NCBI GenBank assembly: GCA_003246265.1
Contig: QKAU01000051.1
Coordinates: 5,288-69,287, forward strand
Direction of reading: 5' to 3'
DNA from: Kiritimatiellales bacterium
Lineage (GTDB): Bacteria > Verrucomicrobiota > Kiritimatiellia > Kiritimatiellales > Pontiellaceae
DNA length: 64,000 nt
The translations under genes and the position numbers were made by a program. Positions 35,866 through 45,173 of the stretch are shown one piece after another. Within the stretch, counting starts at the first letter, position 1. Each line of letters starts with the position of its first letter. The notes beneath the pieces are model-generated. The model ran no database searches. It was not told the DNA's origin and saw nothing but the letters and a program-made list of their open reading frames with translations.

Positions 35866-37298
35866 GGCGGCTGCGTCGATACTACCAGGCCTTCTTCCTC
35901 GTGCTTTTCGCGGCGGCGTTTGCGCTGGCGTCGCAGGGGGGGCTCAAAGGCTATCCGGTCACGGTCTTCCTCGACAGCTCGGCGCTGAACGCCGTCGGGA
36001 CGCTGCTCTCGGCGCACAACATCGCCTATACGATGTGGATCGGTCTGCTGATCCTGGCGCTCACGCCCTTCCTAGGCCGCTTCTTCTGCGGCTGGATCTG
36101 CCCCCTGGGCACGCTGTTCCACCTCGCATCGCGCTGGCTGCGGCCGCGCAAGGCGGCCGAGCGCATACGGCAGAATCTGCACAGCCGGACGCAGGCGGTT
36201 AAATACCTCATCCTCTTCGTGCTGCTGCTGGCCGCGGCCTTCGGCCTCCTGCAGGTCGGCGTCTTCGATCCGATCGCGTTGCTGACCCGCACTTCCGCCG
36301 CACTCGTATCGCCTGGCATGCGGGCCGGCTGGATGATGATCGCGATCTTCGCGGTCCTGCTGCTGCTCAACGCGTGGCGGCCGCGCTTCTGGTGCCGCCA
36401 TGTCTGTCCGCTCGGGGCGCTACTCGGCGTGGCGGCGCGCGCGATGCCCGGCGGCGTGGTGCGCGACAGGGGGAAGTGCACCGATTGCGGACTCTGCAAC
36501 CGCGACTGCATCGGCGCCTGCAGCCCGAATACCCGCACCCGGATGGCCGAATGCTTCGTCTGCTGGAACTGCATCGAGGATTGCCCCGAAAAGGCGCTTC
36601 GCTGGGAGTGGATGCCCAAGGAAGAGGAGCTGGCGCGCGAGCTGGGCGTTTCGCGGCGGGCCTTTTTCGGTGCGACCCTCGGCGGGGCGGCCACCGTGGT
36701 CGCGCTGAAATCGCAGGCGGTCGCGGGCTATCCCGAACGCATCCGCCCGCCCGGCGCGCTCGCCGAACCCGACTTTCTCGACCGGTGCCTCAAGTGCGGG
36801 GAGTGCATGAAGATCTGCCCGACCGGCGTGCTGCGGCCGGCGCTGGCCGAGGCGGGGATTGCAGGGCTATGGACGCCGGTCATGGACATGGAGCGCGGCT
36901 ATTGCGAATACAACTGCGTACTCTGTGCGCAGGTCTGCCCCTCGGGCGCGATCCGGCGCATGTCGATCGCCGAGAAGAGCGGAACGGAAACCGGCGTTCC
37001 CGTCAAGGTCGGCACCGCCTTCCTCGACCGGTCGCGCTGCCTGCCGTGGTCGTTCGGGCGCAACTGCATGGTCTGCGAAGAGGTCTGCCCGGTATCGCCC
37101 AAGGCCATCCACCGGACGCCGCAGGCGGTGGAGATCGAGGGGCGCATGGTGGAGCTCTACCTGCCGCAGGTCGACGTGGAACGGTGCACGGGCTGCGGCC
37201 TGTGCCAGCACGAATGTCCGGTCAACGACCTGGCCGCCATCCGCGTCACCGCCGCCGGCGAGTCGCGTACGCCGGGCGGAAGCTTCTTCCTTCGGTAG
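35862..37298 (+). CDS. NapH-like membrane polyferredoxin fused to a NapG-like tetra-[4Fe-4S] ferredoxin
   Basis: Two CxxxCP motifs on TM loops (FCGWICPLG, WCRHVCPLG) and two clusters (CTDCGLCNRDC, CFVCWNCIEDCP). Then an internal SRRAFFGATLGGAATVVAL segment and four more clusters (CLKCGECMKICP, CVLCAQVCP, CMVCEEVCP, CTGCGLCQHECP). ATGA-coupled to the DUF362 gene. Confidence 0.8.
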   Translation: MRRLRRYYQAFFLVLFAAAFALASQGGLKGYPVTVFLDSSALNAVGTLLSAHNIAYTMWIGLLILALTPFLGRFFCGWICPLGTLFHLASRWLRPRKAAERIRQNLHSRTQAVKYLILFVLLLAAAFGLLQVGVFDPIALLTRTSAALVSPGMRAGWMMIAIFAVLLLLNAWRPRFWCRHVCPLGALLGVAARAMPGGVVRDRGKCTDCGLCNRDCIGACSPNTRTRMAECFVCWNCIEDCPEKALRWEWMPKEEELARELGVSRRAFFGATLGGAATVVALKSQAVAGYPERIRPPGALAEPDFLDRCLKCGECMKICPTGVLRPALAEAGIAGLWTPVMDMERGYCEYNCVLCAQVCPSGAIRRMSIAEKSGTETGVPVKVGTAFLDRSRCLPWSFGRNCMVCEEVCPVSPKAIHRTPQAVEIEGRMVELYLPQVDVERCTGCGLCQHECPVNDLAAIRVTAAGESRTPGGSFFLR

Positions 37299-37434
37299 TT
37301 TTTTGACGGGATGGACAGGATCGGCCGGATTAATTGTCCCGCGCCCGCTTCGCTCAAGCTTTGCTTAACGCCTTTGCGTCTTTGCGTGGAAATTCAGTCG
37401 TGTCCTTTTGTGTTTCTTATGGCTACATTCCGGC

Positions 37435-37680
37435 ATGGAGACGATCCGTGAGCTGCTGAACAGGATCCGCTGGGACGACTCCTTCGGGCGGGGCGTGTTC
37501 GAGGTCGGCATCTACGACCGGGTCAAGGATGCCGTGGAGTTCCATCGGCTCGAAGAGCTGCACGTCGAGCCCGGCAACCATTTTTCCTTCACCATCGCCG
37601 TCGACGGCCAGGTGCTGGCGATCCCCTTCCATCGCATCCGCGAGGTCCGGAAGAACGGCGCGCCGCTGTGGCGGCGCTAA
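37435..37680 (+). CDS. DUF504 / MJ1316-type small domain protein
   Basis: 81 aa. LLNRIRWD...IYDRV...IPFHRIREV matches the DUF504 signature (IPxHRI). Confidence 0.65.
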   Translation: METIRELLNRIRWDDSFGRGVFEVGIYDRVKDAVEFHRLEELHVEPGNHFSFTIAVDGQVLAIPFHRIREVRKNGAPLWRR

Positions 37681-39083
37681 TTCGTCTTCGGCGCCAGCCG
37701 CAGGATGGTGCCGGGATCGTTGAGGACGACGTAGACTGCGCCGTCGGGTCCGCAGGCAACGTCGCGGATGCGGCCGGCGTTCTTGAGGACGACCTCCTCG
37801 TGCATGACGCGGTCGCCCTCGATATCGAGCACGCGCAGGTCCTCGTATTTCAGCGCGCCGACGAGCAGCTTGTTGTTCCATTTGGGGAAGAGGTTGCCGT
37901 GGTAGAAGGCGATGCCGCAAACGGCGGTGGAGGGGTTCCAGTACCAGACCGGCTGCTCCATCCCCTCCTTGCGGACGATGTCGGTGATGGTCGAGCCGTT
38001 GTAGTTGCGGCCATAGGTGATGACGGGCCAGCCGTAGTTCCGGCCGGGCCGGATGAGGTTGATCTCGTCGCCGCCCATGGGACCGTGTTCGGCTTCCCAC
38101 AGTTCGCCGGTGGCGGGATGGAAGGCGAGCCCCTGCGGGTTGCGGTTGCCGTAGCAGTAGATCGAGGGCATGGCCTCGCGGATGTGGCGGAAGGGGTTGT
38201 CCTTGGGGATGGTGCCGTCGCGGCGGACGCGGTGGATCTTGCCGTTGGGCTTGGAAAGGTCCTGCGCGTCGATGCCGAACCCGCGCTCGCCGACGGCGAA
38301 GTAGAGGTTCTTCTTCGCGTCGAAGACGATGCGGGTGCCGTAGTGGTGGCGGGTGGTGCGGTAGGTGTCGTGCGGAGCCTCGAAGACGACCTGCTCGTTG
38401 GTCCAGCTGTTGCCGTCGATGCGGCCGCGCACGATGCGGGTCATGGCGGGCGGGCGGGGGTTGTTGGGTCCAGGGTCGGTGCCGTGGCTGTAGGCCAGGT
38501 AGACCCACTGGTTGCCCTCTTCCCGGTAGTCGGGATCGAAGGCGACGGCCAGCAGCCCGCCCTGGCCCTCGGCCACCACCTTCGGCGTTCCGTCAACCGG
38601 CTTCGCCGAGAGCCGGCCCCCTTCGATCACGCGCAGCCGACCGGGCCGTTCGGTGACCAGCGCCGTATCCTCGTCGAGGAAGGCGAGGCTCCATGGAACC
38701 TCCAGCCCCTCGATCCACTTCTCGACGCGGATTTCGTAGTCGATCGTCTGGAGCGAATCGGGGATCGGCGGCTTTGCGGCGCCGGCCTCCTTTTCGGCCT
38801 CCTTCAGGAAGGCGACCAGCGCATGGATCTGGTCGTCGGCCAGGGTCTCCCCGTAGGCGGGCATGCCGAGATGGGTGATGCCGAACTTGATGTTGCGGAA
38901 GATGTAGCCGTCGACGTCGCCGAACTGCCAGACGCCGTCGACGAGGCTCTGCGCATTGCCGCCCTGGAAGCGGATGCCGTGGCAGCTGGAGCAGTGCTCC
39001 TGATAAAGCTCGCCGGCCGTCTGGCTCTCGCCGTACGGCGGGATGCAAAGAAGGCCAGATGCGACGATAATTCGCGTGTTCAC
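37677..39083 (-). CDS. PQQ-dependent sugar (glucose/sorbosone-type) dehydrogenase with an N-terminal c-type cytochrome domain
   Basis: Haem motif CSSCHG...MPAYG, then a beta-propeller (PWSLAFL...GGLLAVAFDP...RNPQGLAFHP..GELW..EHGP.GGDEIN...G.NYGWP). Start GTG 39083 gives a signal-like NTRIIVASGLLC. The alternative ATG 39134 would collide with the divergent gene. Confidence 0.8.
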   Translation of the reverse strand: MNTRIIVASGLLCIPPYGESQTAGELYQEHCSSCHGIRFQGGNAQSLVDGVWQFGDVDGYIFRNIKFGITHLGMPAYGETLADDQIHALVAFLKEAEKEAGAAKPPIPDSLQTIDYEIRVEKWIEGLEVPWSLAFLDEDTALVTERPGRLRVIEGGRLSAKPVDGTPKVVAEGQGGLLAVAFDPDYREEGNQWVYLAYSHGTDPGPNNPRPPAMTRIVRGRIDGNSWTNEQVVFEAPHDTYRTTRHHYGTRIVFDAKKNLYFAVGERGFGIDAQDLSKPNGKIHRVRRDGTIPKDNPFRHIREAMPSIYCYGNRNPQGLAFHPATGELWEAEHGPMGGDEINLIRPGRNYGWPVITYGRNYNGSTITDIVRKEGMEQPVWYWNPSTAVCGIAFYHGNLFPKWNNKLLVGALKYEDLRVLDIEGDRVMHEEVVLKNAGRIRDVACGPDGAVYVVLNDPGTILRLAPKTN

Positions 39084-39145
39084 GCGAGCCTTGTATCGTA
39101 TTCTACCCGCCAATGCAACCGGTCCAACCGGCAATGCGGGTGAAT

Positions 39146-40078
39146 ATGGGCAGGAATTTCCAATATCTCTTCGGGCCGGTGCCGTCGCGCCGGCTAGGCC
39201 GTTCGCTGGGCGTGGACCTGGTGCCGTTCAAGACCTGCACCATGGACTGCGTCTACTGCCAGCTCGGCGAAACCACCTGCGAGGTCGGCGAGCGGGGCGA
39301 CTACGTGCCGATCGGCGACGTGCTGGACGAGCTGGAGCAGTGGAGGACGAACGACGGCGCGGCCGACCACATAACCTTGGCGGGCTCCGGCGAACCGACG
39401 CTGCACCTCCGGTTCGGCGAAGTGCTGCGCTGGGTCCGGGGACACACCGCGATCCCCTCCGTGCTGCTGACCAACGGCACGCTGCTGCATGATCCCGACG
39501 TGCGCGCCCAGGCGGCCCTCGCCGACAAGGTGAAGGTGACGCTCAGTGCATGGGACGAGGCCAGCTTCCGCCGCCTCCACCGCCCGGCGATGGGCGTGAC
39601 CTTCGAGCGGCTGGTGCGCGGCGAACGGATGTTCCGCGACGCCTTCGCCGGCGAGCTGTCGGTCGAGGTCTTCATCGTCGACGGACTGAACTCGGGCGAA
39701 TCGGAGGTCCGGTGGATCGCGGAAATCGTCGAATCGCTGCGTCCCGACCGGATCGACCTGAACACGGTGGTGCGACCGCCGGCCGATACCGGTGCAAAGG
39801 CGGTTGGCGAAGGGCGGCTGCGGATGCTGGCGGAGCTGTTCGGTCCGAATGCGGCGGTATCCGCCACCTTCCTGGGGCAGGGCTCCCGGTCGGCGGAGGC
39901 GACCGACGAGGCCATTGCCGGCCTGGTCAAGCGCCACCCGGCCACCTGCGCGCAGCTTGCCGCCGAATTCAACCTGCCCGAAATGCGGATGGCCGCGATC
40001 CTGGAGCGGCTGGCGGGCGCCGGTGCGCTGCGGCCTGAACAGCGCGGCGACGAAACCTACTACGTCGTCCGCGGCTGA
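39146..40078 (+). CDS. Radical SAM protein (COG0731-like) with a C-terminal winged-helix-like tail
   Basis: GPVPSRRLGRSLGVDLVPFKTCTMDCVYCQLG carries the CxxxCxxC motif. GSGEPTL is also present. Confidence 0.8.
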   Translation: MGRNFQYLFGPVPSRRLGRSLGVDLVPFKTCTMDCVYCQLGETTCEVGERGDYVPIGDVLDELEQWRTNDGAADHITLAGSGEPTLHLRFGEVLRWVRGHTAIPSVLLTNGTLLHDPDVRAQAALADKVKVTLSAWDEASFRRLHRPAMGVTFERLVRGERMFRDAFAGELSVEVFIVDGLNSGESEVRWIAEIVESLRPDRIDLNTVVRPPADTGAKAVGEGRLRMLAELFGPNAAVSATFLGQGSRSAEATDEAIAGLVKRHPATCAQLAAEFNLPEMRMAAILERLAGAGALRPEQRGDETYYVVRG

Positions 40079-40525
40079 TCAGCGCGCGGCCAGCTGCGGG
40101 CGGTCTGCGCAGGCGGCATGGGCCAGCCAGAAATGGTCGAGGCTTTCGAGCTCCGCCACCCGTACATCGGCACGGCCCAGATCGACGGCCCTGCCCGTCC
40201 TTTGCGCCACCGCCTGTTCGATCTCGCGCCTGCCGGGGTTCGTCCGGGCGTCAACGCGGTCGAAGATGGTGCGTTCGCGGTCGCCGGGCTCGTGGCCTGC
40301 GGGGAAATAGATGGCCCCGGTCGTAAAGTCCACGGCGAAGGCGACCAGGCCGGGAATCAGGAAGAAGAAGAGGCCGATGCCGTCGAGGATGATAATGGCG
40401 GGGTCCAGCTGCCCCCGTTCCTTCTGTTGGGAGCGGTCGGGATAAAGGATCGTTCCACATGACGAGAGCAGGGTGGCGGCTCCCGCGGCGAGTCCGGCGG
40501 CTAGCGTACGGCGGGTCATCTCCAT
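40079..40525 (-). CDS. Hypothetical lipoprotein
   Basis: Lipobox LLSSC after MEMTRRTLAAGLAAGAAT, plus one internal hydrophobic helix. RBS GAGGAG precedes ATG 40525. Confidence 0.55.
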   Translation of the reverse strand: MEMTRRTLAAGLAAGAATLLSSCGTILYPDRSQQKERGQLDPAIIILDGIGLFFFLIPGLVAFAVDFTTGAIYFPAGHEPGDRERTIFDRVDARTNPGRREIEQAVAQRTGRAVDLGRADVRVAELESLDHFWLAHAACADRPQLAAR

Positions 40526-40536
40526 GGCGGTCTCCT

Positions 40537-41361
40537 CTACTTGTTGAGCTTGTCCTCGAACTCCTTGAGACGGCGGCCTTCAAGCGGATTGGCTTCGCCG
40601 GCGAGCAGCTTCCGGATGGCGCCGAGCTCGTCGCCGGAGAAATGGGCGCCGTTGACCATGTGGCGTTCGAAGGAGTCGTAGGCCAGGGGGCAGACGGCCT
40701 TGACGATCCGGGCCATGGCGCGGCCGTATTCCTGGATTTCCCACTGGGCGTGGCTGTCCATGCGCAGCCGGAGGAAGTGGAACATGTTCTTGAGGTCCAT
40801 CTGCCAATACCACTCGGTGTAGAGCGAGAGGGGGAGGTTGATGCGGGCCAGCTCGCGGGCGACGTCGTCGTTGATCATCGACTGGTAGTTGGCGTAGACC
40901 GCCTGCTGGTCCCTGCGGAGCAGTTCAAGCACCTTTTCCTGGAGTTCCGGCGGAACGTCCTCGGGGTTGCGGCCCTGCTTGTTGTCGATGCTCTGGAAGC
41001 TGATCTTGTCGCGCGGGGGGAGGTAGAACTCGTCCTTCATGACGGAGTAGCGGCCGGAGATTTCGTTGAGGCGGGCGGTCCGGTGGCGGATCCACTGGCG
41101 GGCGACGAAGATCGGCATCTTGCAGTGGAACTCGAAGACGACGTGCTCGAAGGGGGAGGTGTGCTCGTGGCGCAGGAGGTAGTCGATCAGGCCGGCGTCC
41201 TCGCGGATGGTCTTGGTGCCGGCACCGTAGGAGACGCGGGCGGTCTGGACGATGCGGGCGTCGGAGCCCATGTAGTCGACGAGCCGGACGAAGCCGTGGT
41301 CGAGCACCCTTATCTCCTTGTCCAGCAAGGCTTCGGCTTCGGGTACGGTGATGTGCGCCAT
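40537..41361 (-). CDS. thyX: FAD-dependent thymidylate synthase
   Basis: ThyX motif RHRTARLNEISGRYS, and HTSPFEHV. ATG 41361 follows AGGAGG. The listed ORF start 41418 is discarded. Confidence 0.9.
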   Translation of the reverse strand: MAHITVPEAEALLDKEIRVLDHGFVRLVDYMGSDARIVQTARVSYGAGTKTIREDAGLIDYLLRHEHTSPFEHVVFEFHCKMPIFVARQWIRHRTARLNEISGRYSVMKDEFYLPPRDKISFQSIDNKQGRNPEDVPPELQEKVLELLRRDQQAVYANYQSMINDDVARELARINLPLSLYTEWYWQMDLKNMFHFLRLRMDSHAQWEIQEYGRAMARIVKAVCPLAYDSFERHMVNGAHFSGDELGAIRKLLAGEANPLEGRRLKEFEDKLNK

Positions 41362-41504
41362 GGGATCCTCCTGGGAAATTTCCGGAAATCGACAATCTAT
41401 GGATTTGGGCATGGGCATGCAAATAAATGGTGAAAATATTCGCCCCGCCGGGGCCCGGTGCTAATATGTGCGACCATTTTTGGAGACACGGAGAGAGGTG
41501 TGCA

Positions 41505-42476
41505 ATGAGCGATGCCAAGGACAAGAGCGCAGGCTGGGTGACCTTCGATCCCAACCTGAAGATTCTGGACTGCACGGTGCGCGACGGCGGGCTGTGCAAC
41601 AACCACCAGTTCGGGGAGGGCTTCTTCCGCCGGATCTACGACACCTGCGTGGCGGGCGGCATCGACTACATGGAGGTCGGCTACAAGGCCGACAAGGCGC
41701 TCTTTGCCGGCAAAGGGTTCGGGCCCTGGAAATATTGCGACGAGGAGGACATCCGCCGCGAGGTGGGCGACAACGAGACCGGCCTGAAGCTCTCCGTGAT
41801 GGCGGACACCGGACGGACCAACCCCTCCGACCTGCTGCCGAGGAGCGAGAGCGTGATCGACCTGGTGCGCGTGGCGACCTACATCCACCAGATCCCGGCG
41901 GCGCTGGAGCTGGTCCAGGACGCCAAGCAGAAGGGCTACGAGGTGGCGCTCAACCTGATGGCTGTCTCGACCGTTCCGGACTACGAGCTGGACAACGGGC
42001 TCGACGCCATCTCGCACGTCGACGAGGTTGATTTCCTCTATGTTGTCGACAGCTTCGGCTCGCTCTACTACGAGCAGGTGGGCGACCTGATCGAGCGCTA
42101 CAAGAAGACCGGCAAGACGCTGGGCATCCATGCGCACAACAACCAGCAGCTCGCCTACGCCAACACCATCTACGCGGCGATCAACGGCGTCAAGCTGCTC
42201 GACACCACCATGATGGGCATGGGGCGCGGGGCGGGGAACTGCGCGACGGAACTGCTCGTCGGATTCCTCAAGAACCCCAAGTTCACCCTGCGGCCGATCC
42301 TCCAGTTCGTGCAGGATACCATGTTCCCGCTCAGCCAGCAGATCGACTGGGGCTACAGCATCCCCTACATGATCACCGGCCACTACAACGAGCATCCGCG
42401 CTCGGCCATCAAGCTGCGCGACGGCGAGCGCAAGGACGACTACGTCGGCTTCTACGACGAGATCGCCAACCCGTAG
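41505..42476 (+). CDS. HMGL-like (DRE-TIM, pyruvate carboxyltransferase-type) aldolase family protein
   Basis: ILDCTVRDGG...VVDSFGSLY...LGIHAHNNQQLAYANT is the DRE-TIM metal-site pattern. ATG 41505 follows GGAGAGAGG. Confidence 0.7.
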   Translation: MSDAKDKSAGWVTFDPNLKILDCTVRDGGLCNNHQFGEGFFRRIYDTCVAGGIDYMEVGYKADKALFAGKGFGPWKYCDEEDIRREVGDNETGLKLSVMADTGRTNPSDLLPRSESVIDLVRVATYIHQIPAALELVQDAKQKGYEVALNLMAVSTVPDYELDNGLDAISHVDEVDFLYVVDSFGSLYYEQVGDLIERYKKTGKTLGIHAHNNQQLAYANTIYAAINGVKLLDTTMMGMGRGAGNCATELLVGFLKNPKFTLRPILQFVQDTMFPLSQQIDWGYSIPYMITGHYNEHPRSAIKLRDGERKDDYVGFYDEIANP

Positions 42477-42501
42477 CCGCCGCCCGGTGTCCGGCGGAGG
42501 A

Positions 42502-42523
42502 AAGGCCCCCGTTCGGGGGCCTT
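42502..42523 (+). terminator. Rho-independent-type terminator after the aldolase-like gene
   Basis: AAGGCCCCCG-TT-CGGGGGCCTT (effectively an 8-9 bp GC stem), followed by CTGCCCTTT. Confidence 0.5.
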
Positions 42524-42614
42524 CTGCCCTTTAACGCAGTTTGAACGGATGACGCGTTGCATGCCGGGCGGGGCTCGGCTATGAAGGACGCACACTTTTC
42601 CCACGGAATTCACC

Positions 42615-43778
42615 ATGAAAAAAACCGAAGTCCATACCCGTGCGCTGGACGAAACGGTACTCATGACGGAGCCGGCCGTCGGCAATGCGTCGGACGACGC
42701 CAGCTACCGGCGCCTGCTCGACAACTACGCCGCCCTCCTCCAGGCCGGCGAGATCCACTTTCCGCTTTCGTACCGTTTCACCCACCGGCTCGGCAGCGGC
42801 CGCCAGGGCGTGGTTTTCCACGCCCTCCGGCACGGCGCGCGCGGATGCGTCACCCAGCACGCCATCAAGGTCCACGACCCGGCGATCTATCCGAATACCG
42901 AGAAGTACTGGAGCGACATGGGGCGCATCGCCTCGCAGATCAGCAAGCTCCAGAAGGTCAGCAGCCCCCAGCTCGTCTCGCGCGACGTCTACGAGGAGGT
43001 CAACGGTATCGGCTACACCCAGATGGAGGCGGTCGAGGGGATCGTCGTCCAGGAGCTGATCCTGCGCACCCACTTCGAAACGGTCCGGGCCCGCAGCAAC
43101 GCCGGGGAGTGGGAGAATTTCAACGACGTCATCTTCAGCGGCATCGGCATCCAGCCCGGCGTCGCCTTCTACATCATGCGCCAGGCGCTCCGCGGCCTCG
43201 AGGTGCTCCACAAGGCCGGCTTCCTCCACTCCGACATCAAGCCGGCCAACATGATGATCGACCGGCTCGGCATCGTGAAGCTCATCGACTACGGCCGGGC
43301 GGTGCGGATCGACGAGAAGAACACCTTCCTGATGGGCACGCCGCTCTACATGGCCCCCGAGCTGCACCGCCACGAGGGGGCCTCGGTCCAGTCCGACCTC
43401 TACAGCATCGGCCTCGTGGGCCTCGAAATGCTCCGGGGCGGGCCGATCGAAGAGATGGCCTCCCTGGACGAGCCGGCGCTGGTGAAGTACAAGGAATCGC
43501 TCGCCGAGCGGATCACGGGCCTTCTGCCCAACGCGGTCCGGGGCAACCAGGCGCTGCTCGGCTGCTTCCGCCGCTTCCTCCATCCCGACCCCGCCAAGCG
43601 CTATGCTTCCGCCGCCGATGCGGAGTTCGGGCCCGACGGCCTGCTGCTCATCCACAAGCAGCTGGCGCGGGCCGGCATCGACACCGAATACGACCGGGAG
43701 CTGGAAAAATACGTCGGCAAGGTGCTCGGCGGCGGCCCGGAGCCAGCCCCCTCCGCCGGCGAGGAGCTGCTCGGCTGA
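42615..43778 (+). CDS. Soluble Hanks-type Ser/Thr protein kinase (non-RD: HSD, DYG)
   Basis: Gly loop LGSGRQGVV, Lys HAIKV, catalytic loop LHSDIKPANMMI, DYG, and MAPE...SDLYSIG. No TM segment or obvious sensor domain. Confidence 0.85.
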   Translation: MKKTEVHTRALDETVLMTEPAVGNASDDASYRRLLDNYAALLQAGEIHFPLSYRFTHRLGSGRQGVVFHALRHGARGCVTQHAIKVHDPAIYPNTEKYWSDMGRIASQISKLQKVSSPQLVSRDVYEEVNGIGYTQMEAVEGIVVQELILRTHFETVRARSNAGEWENFNDVIFSGIGIQPGVAFYIMRQALRGLEVLHKAGFLHSDIKPANMMIDRLGIVKLIDYGRAVRIDEKNTFLMGTPLYMAPELHRHEGASVQSDLYSIGLVGLEMLRGGPIEEMASLDEPALVKYKESLAERITGLLPNAVRGNQALLGCFRRFLHPDPAKRYASAADAEFGPDGLLLIHKQLARAGIDTEYDRELEKYVGKVLGGGPEPAPSAGEELLG

Positions 43779-43888
43779 GCCGGCCCGTCTTTTACGGCTT
43801 AATGGTTGTACGGGGTCCGGCAATTAGGCTATAAACCCGACTCGATTTGTCTGCAACCCTCTTAGAGAGAGCATAGGAGTCATTGAGA

Positions 43889-44551
43889 ATGAATGTTTTG
43901 CATGTCTGCGCCAATCCGAAGCCGACGGAGGAGTCGGTGTCCAAGCAGCTCGCCGCCGCCTTCTTCGGCAAGTTGATCGAGCTGAAACCCGAGGTCGAGC
44001 TGGTCAACGTCGACCTCTACGACGAAAAGCCCCCGTACTACTCCTACGAGCTGTTCAAGCGCGCCTGGTATCCCGTGTTCGACGAAGGCTACGAACCCTC
44101 CAAGGTCGAGCAGATGGCCATGAACTATGCCGCCAAGCAGGCCGAACTCTTCAATGCCGCCGACGTGCTCGTGCTGACCACCCCGATGTGGAACTTCGCG
44201 CTGCCCGCCATCATGAAGGCCTGGATCGACCAGATCCTCTGCCCCGGGCTCACCTTCTCCATCAGCAAGGAGGAGGGCGTCAAGCCGCTCCACAAGGTCA
44301 AGAGCATCGTCCTGCTGGTCGCCTCCGGCGGCATCTACAAGGAGGGCGACGAGCGCGATGCGCTTTCCCGCCAGGTCCGCGCCGCCTTCGGCTTCGTCGG
44401 TATCGACGACATCGAGGTGGTCTGGGCCGAGGGCCAGAATCCGCTCTTCTTCGACAACCACGAGGAGAAGAAGGCCTTGGCCATCGAAGCCGCCGCGGAG
44501 ATCGCCGAAGACATCGCCGAACTCGAAACCGACGAGGCGGTCGCCGGCTAG
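43889..44551 (+). CDS. Flavodoxin-fold FMN-dependent NAD(P)H azoreductase/quinone reductase-like protein
   Basis: LVLTTPMWNFALPAIMKAWIDQI...GLTF parallels E. coli AzoR (PMYNF..QLKNYFD). ATG 43889 follows AGGAG. Confidence 0.75.
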   Translation: MNVLHVCANPKPTEESVSKQLAAAFFGKLIELKPEVELVNVDLYDEKPPYYSYELFKRAWYPVFDEGYEPSKVEQMAMNYAAKQAELFNAADVLVLTTPMWNFALPAIMKAWIDQILCPGLTFSISKEEGVKPLHKVKSIVLLVASGGIYKEGDERDALSRQVRAAFGFVGIDDIEVVWAEGQNPLFFDNHEEKKALAIEAAAEIAEDIAELETDEAVAG

Positions 44552-44555
44552 GCCC

Positions 44556-45173
44556 ATGGGCATCTTTGTCAAGATCTGCGGAATCTGCTCGGAGGGGGAC
44601 CTCGGGCAGATTTCTGCTTTGGGGCCCGATGCGGTCGGCTTCGTCATGTGGCCGGAATCGAAGCGCTACGTCGAACCCGCGACCGTCGGCCGCTGGCCCA
44701 CGCCCGCAGGGATCCGGCGCGTTGGCGTCTTCGTCGGCCCCACCGAAGCCGAGCTGGCCCATGCCGCCCAGCACGCCCGGCTCGATGTGCTGCAGCTCCA
44801 CCGTATCCCCGACCACTGGGAACTCGATCGCGAAATCTTCCATGGGCTCGAGGTATGGCGCGCGCTGAACCCGGACGAGATGTACTTCATGGATCGAGGT
44901 TTCCCGTTCGACCGCTTCCTGCTCGACTCCTACGACCCGGTCACCGTGGGTGGTACGGGAAGAACCTGCGACTGGAGCAAGGCCCGCGACCTGGTTCGCG
45001 CCTCGCCCGTTCCCGTCCTGCTGGCCGGTGGCCTGACGCCCGGGAACGTTTCCGCGGCCATCGCCGCCGTGCGACCATGGGGCGTCGACGTCAGCTCCGG
45101 CGTGGAGACCGGACCCGGGGTGAAGGATATCGGCAAGGTCCGACGGTTTATCGAAGCCTGCCGCAACCCATGA
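44556..45173 (+). CDS. trpF: Phosphoribosylanthranilate isomerase
   Basis: MGIFVKICGI...DAVGFV...LLDS......GGTG...DW...LAGGL.P.NV...GVDVSSGVE. Confidence 0.85.
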   Translation: MGIFVKICGICSEGDLGQISALGPDAVGFVMWPESKRYVEPATVGRWPTPAGIRRVGVFVGPTEAELAHAAQHARLDVLQLHRIPDHWELDREIFHGLEVWRALNPDEMYFMDRGFPFDRFLLDSYDPVTVGGTGRTCDWSKARDLVRASPVPVLLAGGLTPGNVSAAIAAVRPWGVDVSSGVETGPGVKDIGKVRRFIEACRNP

